Assembly: GCF_006345805.1 (NCBI RefSeq)
Contig: NW_021832242.1
Span: 1-61,622, forward strand
Direction of reading: 5' to 3'
Length of the DNA: 61,622 nucleotides
From: Octopus sinensis
Lineage: Eukaryota
Shown here in pieces: positions 37,001-50,600 of this stretch (the stretch's first letter is position 1; each line of letters begins with the position of its first letter). Under the pieces are notes generated by a model, which did not search any database, was not told the DNA's origin, and saw only the letters and a list, made by a program, of their open reading frames with translations. A program made the position numbers and the translations under genes.

Positions 37001-37099
37001 TGAGAAGTAATCCCAATTTCGATCAGCGTAATGATGTTCCGAACTTTGTCGTAAACTTATAGACATATAAAAATTGAAATAATTCAAATCAAAGTTGCT

Positions 37100-37500
37100 G
37101 ATATAATAACCAAGAAATATATACTCAGTGAAAACTGTTCCGTTAGTAATTTTATCGGGAAGATGGTCACTCACCACATCATTTTCAACATAAGGCGAAT
37201 CGCACAAACCACTTGAGACATTTGAAACAATAAACAACTCTTCAGACGTTAAAATTTGATGATTTTTTGATCTCAAAATTTACATTCTGATTTGACTTCA
37301 CGCACCCATAGCCAGTATGCTTCGCCTTTAAGTCTCCAACAAGAATTGGATTTTCATTTTTTATAAAACTTTTGACAATCGACAAATATTTTTTAACCTT
37401 TTGCAGTATATATCCTCCAACGGTTATCCATCCAGTTGAAATCTTTAAATCAATAGATGTTAATTTAGATACATTCTGTTCGATTTATTTTTAAGTCAAT
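37100..37500 (-). mobile_element. APE endonuclease remnant
   Basis: ILVGDL.AKHTGYGC...SNQN and VVSDHLP. Confidence 0.55.
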
Positions 37501-37519
37501 TAGCGATTTATTTTTAAGT

Positions 37520-38808
37520 CAATTTTTTGAGGGAAAAAAGTAATGGCACGAAATCCAATTAATATTAGTTGCATTCCTTTTTGCTAGCAGAACTGCTTCC
37601 AATCGTTTTTTGTAAGAAAAAATTAGTTTTTGACATTCTACTTTAGAAATATTTTTCCATTCTTCGTAGCAAATTGTTTTTAATTCCTGGATATTTTTTG
37701 GTTTTCATAAGCCAACTTTTATTTTTTTCGCGACCGAAGGTAAAAGGACATTTTTCCAAAATTTCGCAATATTTAAGAGAATTCATCATTCCATCAATTA
37801 CAAATAGTTCACCAACACCTGTTGATGAAAAACAACCCCACAACATGATACTATCTCCCCCGTGCTTTACGGTAGGTATGGTGCATTTTGGGATATACGC
37901 CTGATTTGATTTGCGCCAAATTGAAAGCGTGTAGTTCAGTCCGAAAAGTTGTATTTTTGATTCGTCCGACCACAAAATATTGTTTATGAATTCATTTTCT
38001 TTGTTCAAAAGATTTTTTGCATATTGGATTCGCGCTGAAAGGTGTATTTTCTTTAATAACGGAACTCGACGGGGCCTTCGCTTATTGATACCTTCTTTGC
38101 GTAGTGTAGAAGTGATTGTACGAAGGGACACTGACGTTCCTGTGATTTTTAAATCATCGGCCAATTCTTTTCGAGTTATTTTTGGGTTTGAAGTAACTAA
38201 TCTTTTCATTAATGAAGAAGAACGCAGAGATATCTTTTTGGAGCACCCGATCTTGGTTTATTAATAACAGTTCCGCGTTGCTTCCATCGAGTAATAATAT
38301 TTCGAACAGTACTTTTTGGTAATATCAACAATTTAGAAATCTCTCCATAACTTTTACCGTTTTGGTGGGCAGTTACAACTCGTTGTTTTAGGTCCAAAGA
38401 ATGCTCTTTCCTCATCGACGAGATAATTTTATTAAAAGGCGAAAAATAAAAGTATATTATACTAATCGGAATCTACTAATCAATTATATTAATAGAACTA
38501 AGAATCAATTATTTCAAAGAAAAAACAAGGCACCAAAAGATAATCATTTGTATCTTATTGTCAAAAAAATCCATATTTTTTGATAGTTTCATCACTTTTT
38601 TACACATCAAATTTGACGTTTTTCTAAATATGAAGCAAAAACAATTATATTTATTTGAAATTCATGAATATAATTAGCACGAAATGGGTTCAAAAGAATG
38701 CAAGATTTTATTGTGTAGCATGATGAACTAAATCGAAAAAGTTATCATTGTAAAAATATATTGAATTAAAAAAAATGATAGGTGTGCCATGACTTATTTG
38801 CCCCACTG
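37520..38808 (-). mobile_element. Tc1 element, internally deleted, one end eroded
   Basis: TA|CAGTGGGGCAAATAAG end at 38808; paired-like [22 protein letters not shown]; the region with the second D and the E is deleted; C-terminus KRLEAVLLAKG. Confidence 0.85.
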
Positions 38809-38829
38809 TATCTGAGCTGTGCTGATAAG

Positions 38830-40010
38830 AGCTATTAGCTCTGCTGTCCGCTTTCAAAAGGAACGGGCATTAAGCAGGGTAATCCTGGTTACATAAGATT
38901 TATTTGGTCTCTGTGATGCATCAAAAAGAGCGAATGCTTCTCGAGTTCTCAAGGACCTATTGTTTGAGGAGAGATGGAATTCTGAAGGCCGTCGGATCTA
39001 AGAAAACACACATGGCCACTATCAAAGAATTCCTATGCAGAAAGTATCAATTTTCAACTCCGGAAAGCGTCTATGTCCTCGATAGATTCCTCTGATGTCT
39101 CGTGGTGCTGTTTCCTCCACTCAGTAATTCATTAATTGCATGATTCGCCTCTGTAGCTATGAGTTTGTACGCATGCTTTCTAGTGTGCGTTCTAAAGGAT
39201 TTGCAAATAAAGCACTTAATTGAACAGATACGGAAAAAATCGCTTTACTCGATTTGTTCATTTGCTACGATTTAGTTGTGAATCTGAGGGAATCGTCCTG
39301 GTGGTTATCTCATGGAAACAACTCTCCAAGGTCGGAGGGAATGTTGTGCATGGTTCAGGACCGCAACTTATTCTTTGACAACGGTGGTAGTTGTTGCAAC
39401 CATTGCAACGCCGCCAAAAAGACTGTGGATCATCTTGCTACAAAATGTGGCAGAATGTTGAACAGTGATTACCTACGTCGCCACAATGAGGTTGTAAGGT
39501 GCATGAATCTGCACATCTGCCGAAAATATGGGATAAAACAGTCTAGGAAGTTGAAGACCCACTCCGTTCAGTCGACTGTCTCGAATGAAGTGGTCGAAAT
39601 ACGGGTTGAAACGACGATAAAGACGGATACTTTAGTCAATAATAATAAACCAGACATTTTTATCTACGACAAAGTTCTGAACATCATTACGTTCATCGAA
39701 GTTGGGATTATTTTTAACAATCTTTTAAGCATGCGGAAGTCAAGAAATTACACAAATACAATCTCTTGGGAAGCGAATTGAAGTTAATTTACAATTCAAA
39801 TGTGAACGTCGTATCACTGGTTCTCACATGAAATGGAATAGTATACAAATTTTACAAGCACTACCAAAACTCCCTACAAGTCTAAAATTCGACTCGTGCT
39901 TATGTCCAGACGATCGTAATTAAAAAGACAGTAGAGAGCATGCGTCCTGAATACAAACTCTTAGCTACGGCTACAAATCATGCAATCAATGAACGACTGA
40001 GTGGAGGAAG
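38830..40010 (+). mobile_element. Decayed R4-like RLE LINE 3' region
   Basis: MLCMVQDRNLF, CNHC...TVDHLATKC...RRHNEVV, NKPDIF, IEVGI. Confidence 0.85.
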
Positions 40011-40219
40011 CACCACCAGGAGACATTAGAGGAACCTGTCGAGGACATAAATGCTGCATCCCGGCCCATGAATCTGGCTGAAGGAGGCGGATCAAAAGCA
40101 AAGAGGAGGAAGCCGAAACCAAAATTATCATGATGAGAAATATCTTCATTTTAATCAATTTACTAATCTGGATTTAATAATATTTTATTAAGTTAAATAT
40201 TATTTAAATTAATTTTTTT

Positions 40220-41057
40220 ATGTTGGACAACCGTTTTGATTTTCATAAAATAATATTTTACAAGATGGCACACTTCCTCCTAAATGTTTAACATTCCTCT
40301 TATCTGAACAAAAACTTAGGAACAGTTCAATTTCTTCAGTGGAAGCACTAGTGCGGCAACTAATAGACATTGAATCGATTCAATTCGGAGATTTCACTCT
40401 CGGGAACCAAGAACAAACTTCAGTGTACTTTGACTTACGTCTTATCCCATCTCACACAATTGTGATGGTATTATCATAATTCATACAATTTACAAAGAAA
40501 CAAACAATTGATTTACTCTGTTCAAAAATATTGGAGAGTGCTCTTGAATTCGATATCATTTGCGGAGTGCCCTTTGCAGCCATCAGTTTTGCCACAGTCA
40601 GTTATATATCTTATTAAAGTGTGTCTCCCTCGGGCTTAATAAGGGAATGATACTCAAAAGAAAGGAATTAAAGAAATATGGCACACAAAAATTAATCGAG
40701 GGGACGTGGACAAAGGGAATGAGGTGTCTCGTTGTTGAAGATGTTGTTGTCAGGGGGGATTCGATTAATCAAGTCGTCCAAGTAATTTTTGATCACAGTT
40801 TTTAAGGACCTGAGGAATAATGGACTGATCGTTGAAGACGCAATTACAATCTTGGACAGAGAACAGGGCGGGGCTGCCAATTTACTGGCAAATAATGTCA
40901 AATTACATTCGTATTGCCTCACCAGTCATTTGATAGAGTACTCACGTGTAGTGGAGTCTATAAGGCAATCAGGAAGGAACCAGAGTTTGAGGGGATGGCC
41001 TCAAAATTATTTGAATTTATGCAGAACAGCTGTGTGGGGCTGACCTTGGTTGGTTAA
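40220..41057 (+). CDS. OPRT: Stand-alone orotate phosphoribosyltransferase (UMPS N-domain type), about 233 aa, 5 mini-introns
   Basis: Introns 40233-40264 (first exon tentative), 40468-40497, 40597-40619, 40782-40806, 40911-40936 give an open frame. FGDFTL, YFDLR, CGVPF, RKE.K.YGT..LIEG, CLVVEDVV, LDREQGG. No OMP decarboxylase sequence follows. Confidence 0.85.
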
Positions 41058-42189
41058 TAGTGATTTAGTCTCAAGGGCAATGGAGACTGCAAAAATAATG
41101 GAAAAAAGTCTTTGTTTTAGTTAATTTTCTAATTGTTTGATTTCAGCTTTCTTTTTTTTTATCTATTTTCTAATTAAGTTGCTTTTATAAGCAATACAGA
41201 CACTAGAATCATCTAAAACTCCAGCAAATCTAGTAACGTCAGGGATCTCAGCTATATCTAATTCTTTAATTAATATTGACTGTTTCCATTACTTAAAATT
41301 AAATACAGAAACACAAGTATATCTAATTATCGCAGCGTCTAATTCTCATGTTAAAAAATATTTTTCAATCCAAATATATCGTAAACATAATAGTATTTGT
41401 AGTATTAATTTTTTCAGAATATTCATATGGCAGTTTGAATAAATTCTAAATAATATGATAACAATCATCATTTAAAATCAAATTTGTTAATAAATTGTGA
41501 GAACAAAAATATACCTTTGTTTTTTCATCGCTTAAAACTTTTTTTCAAATAATAGACCTATTCGGAAGCATAAGTAACAACCCACAACATCTGTTTCATG
41601 CTTATTGAACATCTTCAAATTAAAAGTTCAATAAACATTCTTTTTCCCGGTCTTAATCAATACATGCTCTCATGTTGATAATTTTTAAGTTAAGTGGCGT
41701 AAAATTGACGTGACGCCAGAATAAAATATCAAAATATTGACGTGTCGCCAGAATAAAATATTCTAATATTGATTGTTAGATGACAGATCAATCAAAAAAT
41801 GTATTAACTTGTTTGGCTACAAATAAAAAAACGCTACACTGTCCTTGTCGATTTCCAGCACGACTGACGTATTATCTTACATTTAGTGTGTGATTACCCG
41901 AAAAACATTAAAGAAGGTGTCTACAGAACATGAGTTTAGAATGATCCCACCGGAATAATGCCAAAAGTCTGGTTTACAAATGGAACAACGAAGGAAACGT
42001 TACCGAGTGCGACAATTAAGTTGAATTTGAGAACGTCCAAAGAAGAAGCCGGGGCTGTAAGATGGAGGAATGTTTCCATTGAGGAGATTAGCTTTAATTA
42101 GAAGAGAAGAAAAATTGACTGACAGAAAACGCATTTATTAAAAACTTAAGTAATGTCTCTCAGAAACGCTAATTTTGGTTCCTAGGAAA

Positions 42190-42630
42190 AAATCGGTTGA
42201 TTCCCTCCATACTTGAACCCACTGAGATCGATCAAGGGGATGTGAAGAGACCGGACGGGATCACTGTATTTTTCCTCAACAAAAGAAAGCCACTCACCTA
42301 AGACGCGTGTGGACTCATTCTCGCCTCAGAACCTGCTGATGTCCCCATCCGCCCCTGGATCAATCGTCACAGTGCAAAAAGATGAGGAAGTACTCTTTGC
42401 TTATAGAGAAATACAAATTCCTTTCATTCGCTGTTGAGTCTTCCGGTTCCTTGAAAAAAGGCCAATTAGCTTCGTGCAGGAGATCGGATCTCGGATGTCT
42501 ACATTCACAGGCAATGCCTGCGATTCGAAATGCTTATTGAGCGGATATCCCTTGCGATAGTACGCTCTAACTCATCTTCGATCGCGTCAGCCTCTGGCAT
42601 GGCAAACTACCGACACGACAAATAGATTAA
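42190..42630 (+). mobile_element. CRE-like LINE 3' fragment
   Basis: ILEP...KRPDGIT...FAVESSGSL...RISLAIVRSN. Confidence 0.75.
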
Positions 42631-42649
42631 CATATTTTATTCAATGAAT

Positions 42650-43350
42650 TTTGATCTAAAACTATCAATGATCGAGAAGACGTTGCCCCTCAGAATTTGA
42701 AATGAGATTCTTTGGAACAGCCATTGCTTCTCCCGAGGTTCTTGTCTCCTGGAGATCAGTTTCCCGATTCTTCTAACGAGTTCAAGAGATTTGTTGCTCA
42801 TGGCTCTGGATGTTTCTACAGAGATTAGGGAAAGATCACGTTGTCCTACAGGTTGGAGTATTTCAAGATTTTATGTTCATCAGCCTTTTTAGCGGCTGAC
42901 TCTGGACTGATTGCCTAGTCGACTATATTCGTTTTCGAGAAAGTGTCCGTGCATGTAGAATCGCATCCGAGGCATTTCAGATTAATCCACGGAAAAAAAT
43001 GACTCCATCTGGGCGTTTCCCGTCTGCACGCTAAAGCCTAACAGGCTCTAGTTCGGAAGGGAATCCTGCAGCTTGTAACGTAGTCAAAATAATCTCGTTG
43101 ATAACGGAATATCTGGGTCACGCCCAGCACTCCTTCTCCATGAAAAGGGGTGTAGTCCTTTGGTATCGACTTTACTCTCACATCGGCATTGGCCCTCCGA
43201 ACAAACATTAATTCCCAAGTGCATTGATATGTCAATCCTCACACAGTAATCATCGAGAAAAGTTCCAGACTGGAACTTCTTTATGAAAGAAGTCGTTAGA
43301 GGGGCGGTTTCCCTCGCGATAGGAATGAAACGATGCGGTTCGAGCCTCAA
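42650..43350 (-). mobile_element. CRE-like LINE 3' fragment, tail-to-tail with the previous one
   Basis: Zinc knuckle CRCESKVDTKGLH, STCTDTF, VETS, WLFQRISFQILRGN. Confidence 0.8.
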
Positions 43351-43877
43351 TGCAAGGTTGTCTGAGATGGATTTGCAGTTTGATTGCTACCAAGGATGAA
43401 TTATTTATGATAAAAACAAGAGCCAATGTTACAGATTTGGTTAACATTAAATACACCACAACAATGTGTCAGAATTTGTTAAAATCCTTTTTTCACCTAG
43501 CTTTTTTTTTACTTGTCACACGACACTCCCCAAATACCTTTGCAGTGATGCTGGATTTCTCAAAGGGAAGGGGTCCAACAATCTGAGGAGTAACTGTATG
43601 TTGGAATCATGCTCGCGGCGTACGCCTGAGATCATGACTGGCTCACCTTGCTTACGGATTCAAAAGTTCGCTTTTCTTTGACAAACACAATGTCCGTTCC
43701 CTGACTGAAGTCCAAAAAATTGAGAATATACACTCCTCGCCAAAAAAAATGATTCAAAATTCATATTTAGTTTTTCTTTGAAAATCTTATAAATATTCTA
43801 ATTTCAAAAAACTTAGTAGATTAGTTGTAATTATTATTATTAATTTTAATAAAATATTTGTTAATTGCATTAATTTG

Positions 43878-44709
43878 TCCGCTGTGGAAACCGCCTATCG
43901 GGGTGTGTGGAACTTAGAAGGGGAGTCCCGCAGGGATCTATCTTGAGTCCACTTCTGTTCAACCTCTTCTTGGCGGACATTCCTCTGCCGTCGACACGTA
44001 CTGGCAAGCTCGTTATCTATGCTGACGATATCCTGGTCATGGATACCTCGAAAAGGATATCGCAGTCTTGGAGACGACTGAAATCATACATTGCAACGCT
44101 AAAGATGTGGACTATAGAGAAGGGTTTGACCCTAGCACCGGAGAAGAGCACCATTTCATGGTTGCGGAGAGGGAGTCGCTATGCGGAGTCTTGTGCATAT
44201 GCGATGAGTAGCTATGTGATGGATCTCTCGAAAAGAAAAAATCTTTCTTACCTGGGAGCAACCATTAACTGTCGTGGCTCGTACGTAGAGCATATAGCAA
44301 ATCAGAGAAAGAGGAGTGTGAGGATCCTCAAAAGCTTAACCAGGTTCCATCTGGATCCGGAAACGTACATCTACGTATACAAAACGTGTGTGCAGCCAGT
44401 CCTCACATATGGCTACGAGGGCTGGTACGGTACGGAGGAGAGTGACTACCTGATCGAACAGTTGGAAAAGACAAGACGTTTCGCTATGAAATTGGCTTAC
44501 GGAGTACAACTTGACGGAAGGCTAAAAGACTCACAAGAATCCTCTGTGCCCACGATCCGGATGGTCTTGGAGAATTGTCGTCAAACATGACTAGTATTGG
44601 GGATACGCATGGAAAGAGACACTTCGGTGCCTTGTTTTTATCTCCCCGCCGATGTTTTTCTTCCTTGTTTTTCTTTTTCTTTTCGCTCAATAAACACTAT
44701 TCTATTCTC
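43878..44709 (+). mobile_element. 5'-truncated LINE (RT C-half) inserted in the Tc1 left TIR
   Basis: PQGSILSPLLF, YADD; TATTC tail; 7-bp TSD TAATTTG (43871-43877, 44710-44716); the right TIR shows the empty site. Confidence 0.92.
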
Positions 44710-45784
44710 TAATTTGGAAAAATTAAAAGCATGACACACAATATGTTAGTATATGTCAGTGACAAAAAAAATGATTCAAAAATATTATCTATACAAATAT
44801 CTTGTTTTATATGATTTAATATCTCTATTTTAGGAAAAAGCATATGGATGACTTTACAAAAGGAAAAATTATTGCTTTATATGAAACAAAAATGACACTT
44901 CGGGCAATTTCTTTGAAAGTTGGGGTACATGAGGCCACAGTGTCTAATTTTATCCAACGATACAAAAAGAATGGCACAATCCATCGGAAACCAGGATCTG
45001 GAAGGCCAAAAATACTTGATAAAAATGATTTGAAAGAATTGATAAAGTATTCGGAAGAAAATCCAACAAAAACATCTAAAGAGATCTCAAGTGAAATGAC
45101 GAAACTAACCAATAAAGCAATTTCCTCAAGAACAGTTATAAGAAATCTTAATGAAAATGGTATATTTGGACGTATTGCAAAAAATAAGCCATTTTTGAAT
45201 ATAAAACACACTAAAAAAAGATTAGAAATAACGAAAAGATTTCTTGCCATTTCTGATGAAAAATGGAAAACCACAATTTTCTCAGATGAATGCATTTTTT
45301 ACGCCAATCCAAACAAAACTCGAAAAATAGTATATAGGAAGAGCGGTGAACAACTTAATTCCAAAAATATTTCAACAACAGTGAAATTTGGAACAGGTTG
45401 ATTTGGCTTGAAAACAAAAAATAGGGAAAATCATGATATGGGGATGTTTTTCTTTTAACGGCGTCGGAGAATTAGTTTTTGTTGACGGAACATTGAATTC
45501 TGCAAAATATTTAAATCTTTTAGTCAACAGCCTACCGAGATCAGTTGCAAAAATGGGACTTAATGACTTTGTTTTTCAACAGGATAATGCACCGTGTCAT
45601 ACAGCGAAGTTAATCATGAATTATTTTGATAAAGAAAATATAAAAACACTAGACTGGCCATCCCAGTTACCTGATCTAAATCCAATTGAGCATTTATGGG
45701 CTCATATAAAAGCGGAACTCAGTAAAATCGATTTGAAAAATGCTGAAGAATTAAAGCAGGAACTTCTTCATATTTGGGGAAATA

Positions 45785-47615
45785 CAGTGAATCCTCGCAA
45801 ATTGGCCATTTTTGGTACATAGAGATTTTATGGCCAATTTGAGAAAATGGCCAATTTGAAAAAAATCAATATTTAAAAATAAAATAAACACGTTTAAATT
45901 TTATTAAAATAAAATTCAATCCCTAATTCCTTTTTATTTGCTCTTTTTACATTTTCTTTGTATTTTCTTATTGCAGTAATCAGCGAAACATCATTCTCAT
46001 TTTCTGCATTACAGTAAAGTTGCCTTTCTATTCTAGTTAATGTCTTTGCAATATCTTTTCTATCGAGTGGATATATGATTTTTGTCTCTTCGTCGCTAAT
46101 TTCAGACTCTTGATCCTCTTGTAAACAATTTTCGTTTATATCTTGATCTTCTGTGTTTTCGATATTTAGAAAATCTTCGCTCATTAGAGGATCGAAAATG
46201 TCAGTTCTTTCAATTTCAGTCTCATAATGTTCAATTAATGTATTTTCGTGATTAGATTCATTTAAAATCTTAAAACAATTTTGAATAGTTTCAGTAGATA
46301 CGTCATCCCAAGCCATATTAACAAACAAAATTGCATCTTTTAATGTCAATTTTTTGTATGAATTGTATACAGAAATATTTTCAGTCTCCAGCAAATCAGT
46401 TAAGTACTGTAGCTTTCTTCTCATGAAATGAGTCTTGAAGGTTTTTATAATTCCAATATCCATTGGTTGTAGTAATCCAGTAGAATTTTTAGGAAAAATA
46501 AAATCTAATACAATCCAAGTTTTGAGGAATAGAATGTGCAGGACAGTGGTCTATTAGCAATAAAATTTTCTTCTTTTTATTTTAAGCTGGAGATCAAAGC
46601 TAATAATCCAATCAATAAAAATAGATCCAGTCATCCAAGCTTTCTGTGAGCTATAATATGAGACAAGACATCCATAGTCAAAATTTTTAAAACATCTAGG
46701 CATTTTTGGTTTTCCAATCATCACAGGTTTCAATTTATGACTTCCGGTCATGTTTGAACAAAGCATAATAGACACACGGTCTTTAAAATTTTTGTATCCT
46801 TGGAATCGGTTTCTGCATACGCTTTTCGATGGAATAAGCTTGTAGTATAATGCAGTTTCATCCAAATTATAAATTAGATCAGGCTTATACGATTTAGAAA
46901 TTTCTTAAATTCTTCACGAAAAGAATTAATGTCAACTACTTTATCTGTTCGCATCTCTCCATGTAATTTTAGCATTCTAAAACCGTGTCTCTTTTGAATT
47001 TTGCCAGAAATCCATTAGAATTTTTAAAGTTACTAAGTTGTAGCTCTTCGGCAAAATGCGCAGCCTTACACGATATTAAGGAATCATTCAAAAAACCACC
47101 TAAAAATTGGTTTTCAATTAATACCTTTAGACTCTATTGTATCCATCCATTCAATCAATTTTTCTTCAAGCGTAGGAAATTTTGGTTTGTGAGCAGCTTT
47201 ATACGAATTTTGATAGATTTTCGAATCCCGTAAAATAGAGTCTTTATTAAGCAGTAGATTATGATCGTCTTTCTCGAGATCGTCTTGTGGAATAAATGTG
47301 AGAATCTGTCAGCCAGAAGCTGACACGAAACACTGTCATTTTCTTCCTTGTAGTTTATAATTTGTGTTTTTTCAAGAAAAGTGAGCCGAGTATAACGTCC
47401 ACGAGAAATTTTATAAGACATGTGATTAAAAAAATAGTTTATTTTCTAATTAGAAAAATAATAATTCAAAAATTGTGGCCAATTTGAGAATTGGCCAATT
47501 TACTAAGAAAATTAATTTTTTTCTTAGTAAATTGTGCAAAAATTGGCCAATTTAAAAATTGGCCAATTTAAAAATTGGCCAATTTGCGAGGTGGCCAATT
47601 TGCGAGGATTCACTG
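45785..47615 (-). mobile_element. Tigger/pogo element 1, frameshifted, one mini-intron
   Basis: TIR CAGTGAATCCTCGCAAATTGGCCA; TA flanks; CENP-B-type HTH, LDETAL, QPMDIGII; intron 47100-47124. Confidence 0.92.
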
Positions 47616-47617
47616 TA

Positions 47618-50600
47618 CAGTCCGACCCCCAAATGGGGCACCAAGTGCCCCAAAATGCGGGGGTGCCCCAAAAACAGGGGTTTGTTATTTTTTAAAAATT
47701 AAACCATTAATAAACATCAAAAAACATTTTTACTAAAATATTCAGTTATTTTCTTTTTATTTATAGAGTTTTGTCTGATACTGTTCGTCAATTTCAGCCG
47801 AAAATCAAAAAATCTCGGAGCATACTTGGTGCAACATTAGAAATTTTTTCTTCTAAATTGTTAAGCAGATCTTTTGTTTTTGCTACGACATTTTCACTAT
47901 TTTCGGTTTCTGAATATGTATCATAAACATTATTGTTCATGTCTTCGCATTCTCCATCAATTGTTTCGTTAACAACTTGATCTAAATGTTCATCTGTTAG
48001 ACCATAGGTTTTCACGAGAAATTTCTCGCGGCGCAAATGCTAATAAAAAATAATCTCGCGGCACATAATCAAAAATCAAAACATAATTATAAAATTCCAA
48101 ATTCAAAATTTATTATTTTTACATAATTTTTCTATGTCTGGCTCAATATTTGATAAGGCCAGCCGCATTTCTGAATCTAAATCCAGTAGATTTTCTCGCT
48201 TATTTGTTTTAATGTTTTGTAATGCAGAAAATCCCTTTTCACACAAATAAGTTGTTGCAAATTGTAGAATGATCCGCATTGCTTTATCTGTTATTTTTGG
48301 AAATCTAGAACGAATTTTGATCCAAAATTCGCCAATATTTAATTCCGTATGTGATAATTTTAAGGTACGATCATTAAATAGTTCAATAAGCTCCATATTT
48401 TCGAACAATGATAACTCATTACTATGACTAACCAAAAATAGATTCCGTATCTAAAACTAATTATTTAAAATAAATACCCAATCATATTTTTCAATGTCTA
48501 TGTCTGGAAAATAATTATTGACTTTTTGTTCCAATGATGTCAAATGCTCATATATAAGACTTTGTATTATGGTACCGTCAGAATCTAAATTGGCTTTATA
48601 AATTAGAATGCGAAACCATTAGTCTTAGGAAACATGCTAAAATCCCCACTTAATACTAGTCTTCTCCAATATGTAATATTCATTTTTAAAGCATTTAACT
48701 TGTCCGTACAACTCAAAATTGTCTCATTATTTCCTTGCATGCTTAGATTCACATCATTCAATATCGAAAATATGTCCGTTAGATATGCTAATTTTAATTT
48801 CCAATTCGAATTGCTGATCAATTCATGAAATTGATAGCATTGTTCTCTCGTGAAAAATTCAGCTATCGTGTCCCTTAATTCATACACTCTGGCCAGTACC
48901 CTTCCCCGTGATAACCATCGTATTTCGGTATGTAACAATAAATTTTTATAACTTGCTCCCATTTCATCGCATAAAGAATTAAAAATTCTAGAATTTTTAG
49001 ATCGAGTTTTTATATAATTGATCATTTTTATGACATCATCCATAACTGATTTTAAAGCAGACGGAAGAGTTTTCGAAACCAATACTTCACGATGTAAAAA
49101 ACAATGTGTTGAAAGTATTTGATCATTCTGTGCTTTTAGTAAAGAAACCTGAATTTAATCATATAATAAAACAATATACAAGTCCATTAAGTCTTCCAGA
49201 CATAGATGGTGCCCCATCTGTGCATACACCAACACAATTTTTAAAGGAAATATTATGTTGATTAAAATAATCAAATTGTACATATCAATTGCACGAGTAG
49301 TAGTAACTAGTGCCTTGCAGAAAAGAAATTGTTCAATAATACTTTCTGACTTTTCAGTACGAATATAAATAAGCAACTGTGCAATTCCTGCTACGTCAGT
49401 TGATTCGTCAATTTGCAATGAATATAAATTGTTTTTCATTATAGATACCACTTTTTCTTCAATATCAAACGACATTGTACTAATTCTTCGACAAATAGTA
49501 TTGTCAGAAAAGGGAATTTTCAATAATTTTTTTTCAAATTCCACGCCAAACATTGTTCGGACTATTAATTTGCATGCTGGAAGGATAAGATTTTCGGCAA
49601 TTGTATGAGGTTTCATTTTCTTGGCAATCAATTCCGATACTAGATAAGAGCACTTTACTGCATCTTCTGATTTTCCAAATGATTTTGAAAATGATTTTTT
49701 ACTTACTCTAAATATGTATATATATAATTATTAACACTACCTATGTTTTTTGCTTAATTCTTTAAAATAATCAATTGAATAATCTTTATATTCCGGGTGC
49801 TTAGATAAAAAATGTCTACGAAGTTTAGATGGAACCATTGATTCATTCGACAACACCTCCATGCAAATCAGGCACTGTGGTAAACTATTTCCAGTGCCAC
49901 AACAGTCAAAACCCATAGATAAAAAAGATGATTTGTAATGACGAATACTCCGATGCACAGACATAACAAATAGCAACGTGATTATAATTTATTATAATTG
50001 TTTCATTATAAATAATTTTTAAGTTAAAAATTAAACAAAAAATAAGTAAATATAGATCTTCACGCGGCACATTTTTTATCATCCCGCGGCACAAAAATGT
50101 GCCGCGGCGCAGTGTTTGAAAACCTCTGTGTTAGACAGTTTTTTGTTGCATAAGAATCACGGTTCCTGTCGATTTTCTTCCAACAATTAACAATACTTTT
50201 AGCATCTATTTTCTCCCATCCTTTTGAAATTAGCATCATAACCTGACGCAAATTTAATTTACCAATAGAATGTGTAAAATTGTTTTCGAAATCTTGAAAA
50301 CATAAAAATTCCATAAGAAAGAGGAATAATAATCTTTAAAAATCTTGATTATTCCCATATCCAAAGGTTGTAAATAGGGCGTTGTATTTTTCGGCAAAAA
50401 TAAAAATTCGATGTTCGAACATTCGGCAGTTTTATGGCATCCCGCATTGTCAAGTATTAATAATATTTTTCTGTTGTTTTTGCAAAACGATTCATTTATA
50501 AGTGTAAGCCAACTCATAAAAGTCTTTCCAGTCATCCATGCATTTTGAGAAGATGAATACAATAACCCAAAATCTTGAACATCAAAATTTTTTAGACACC

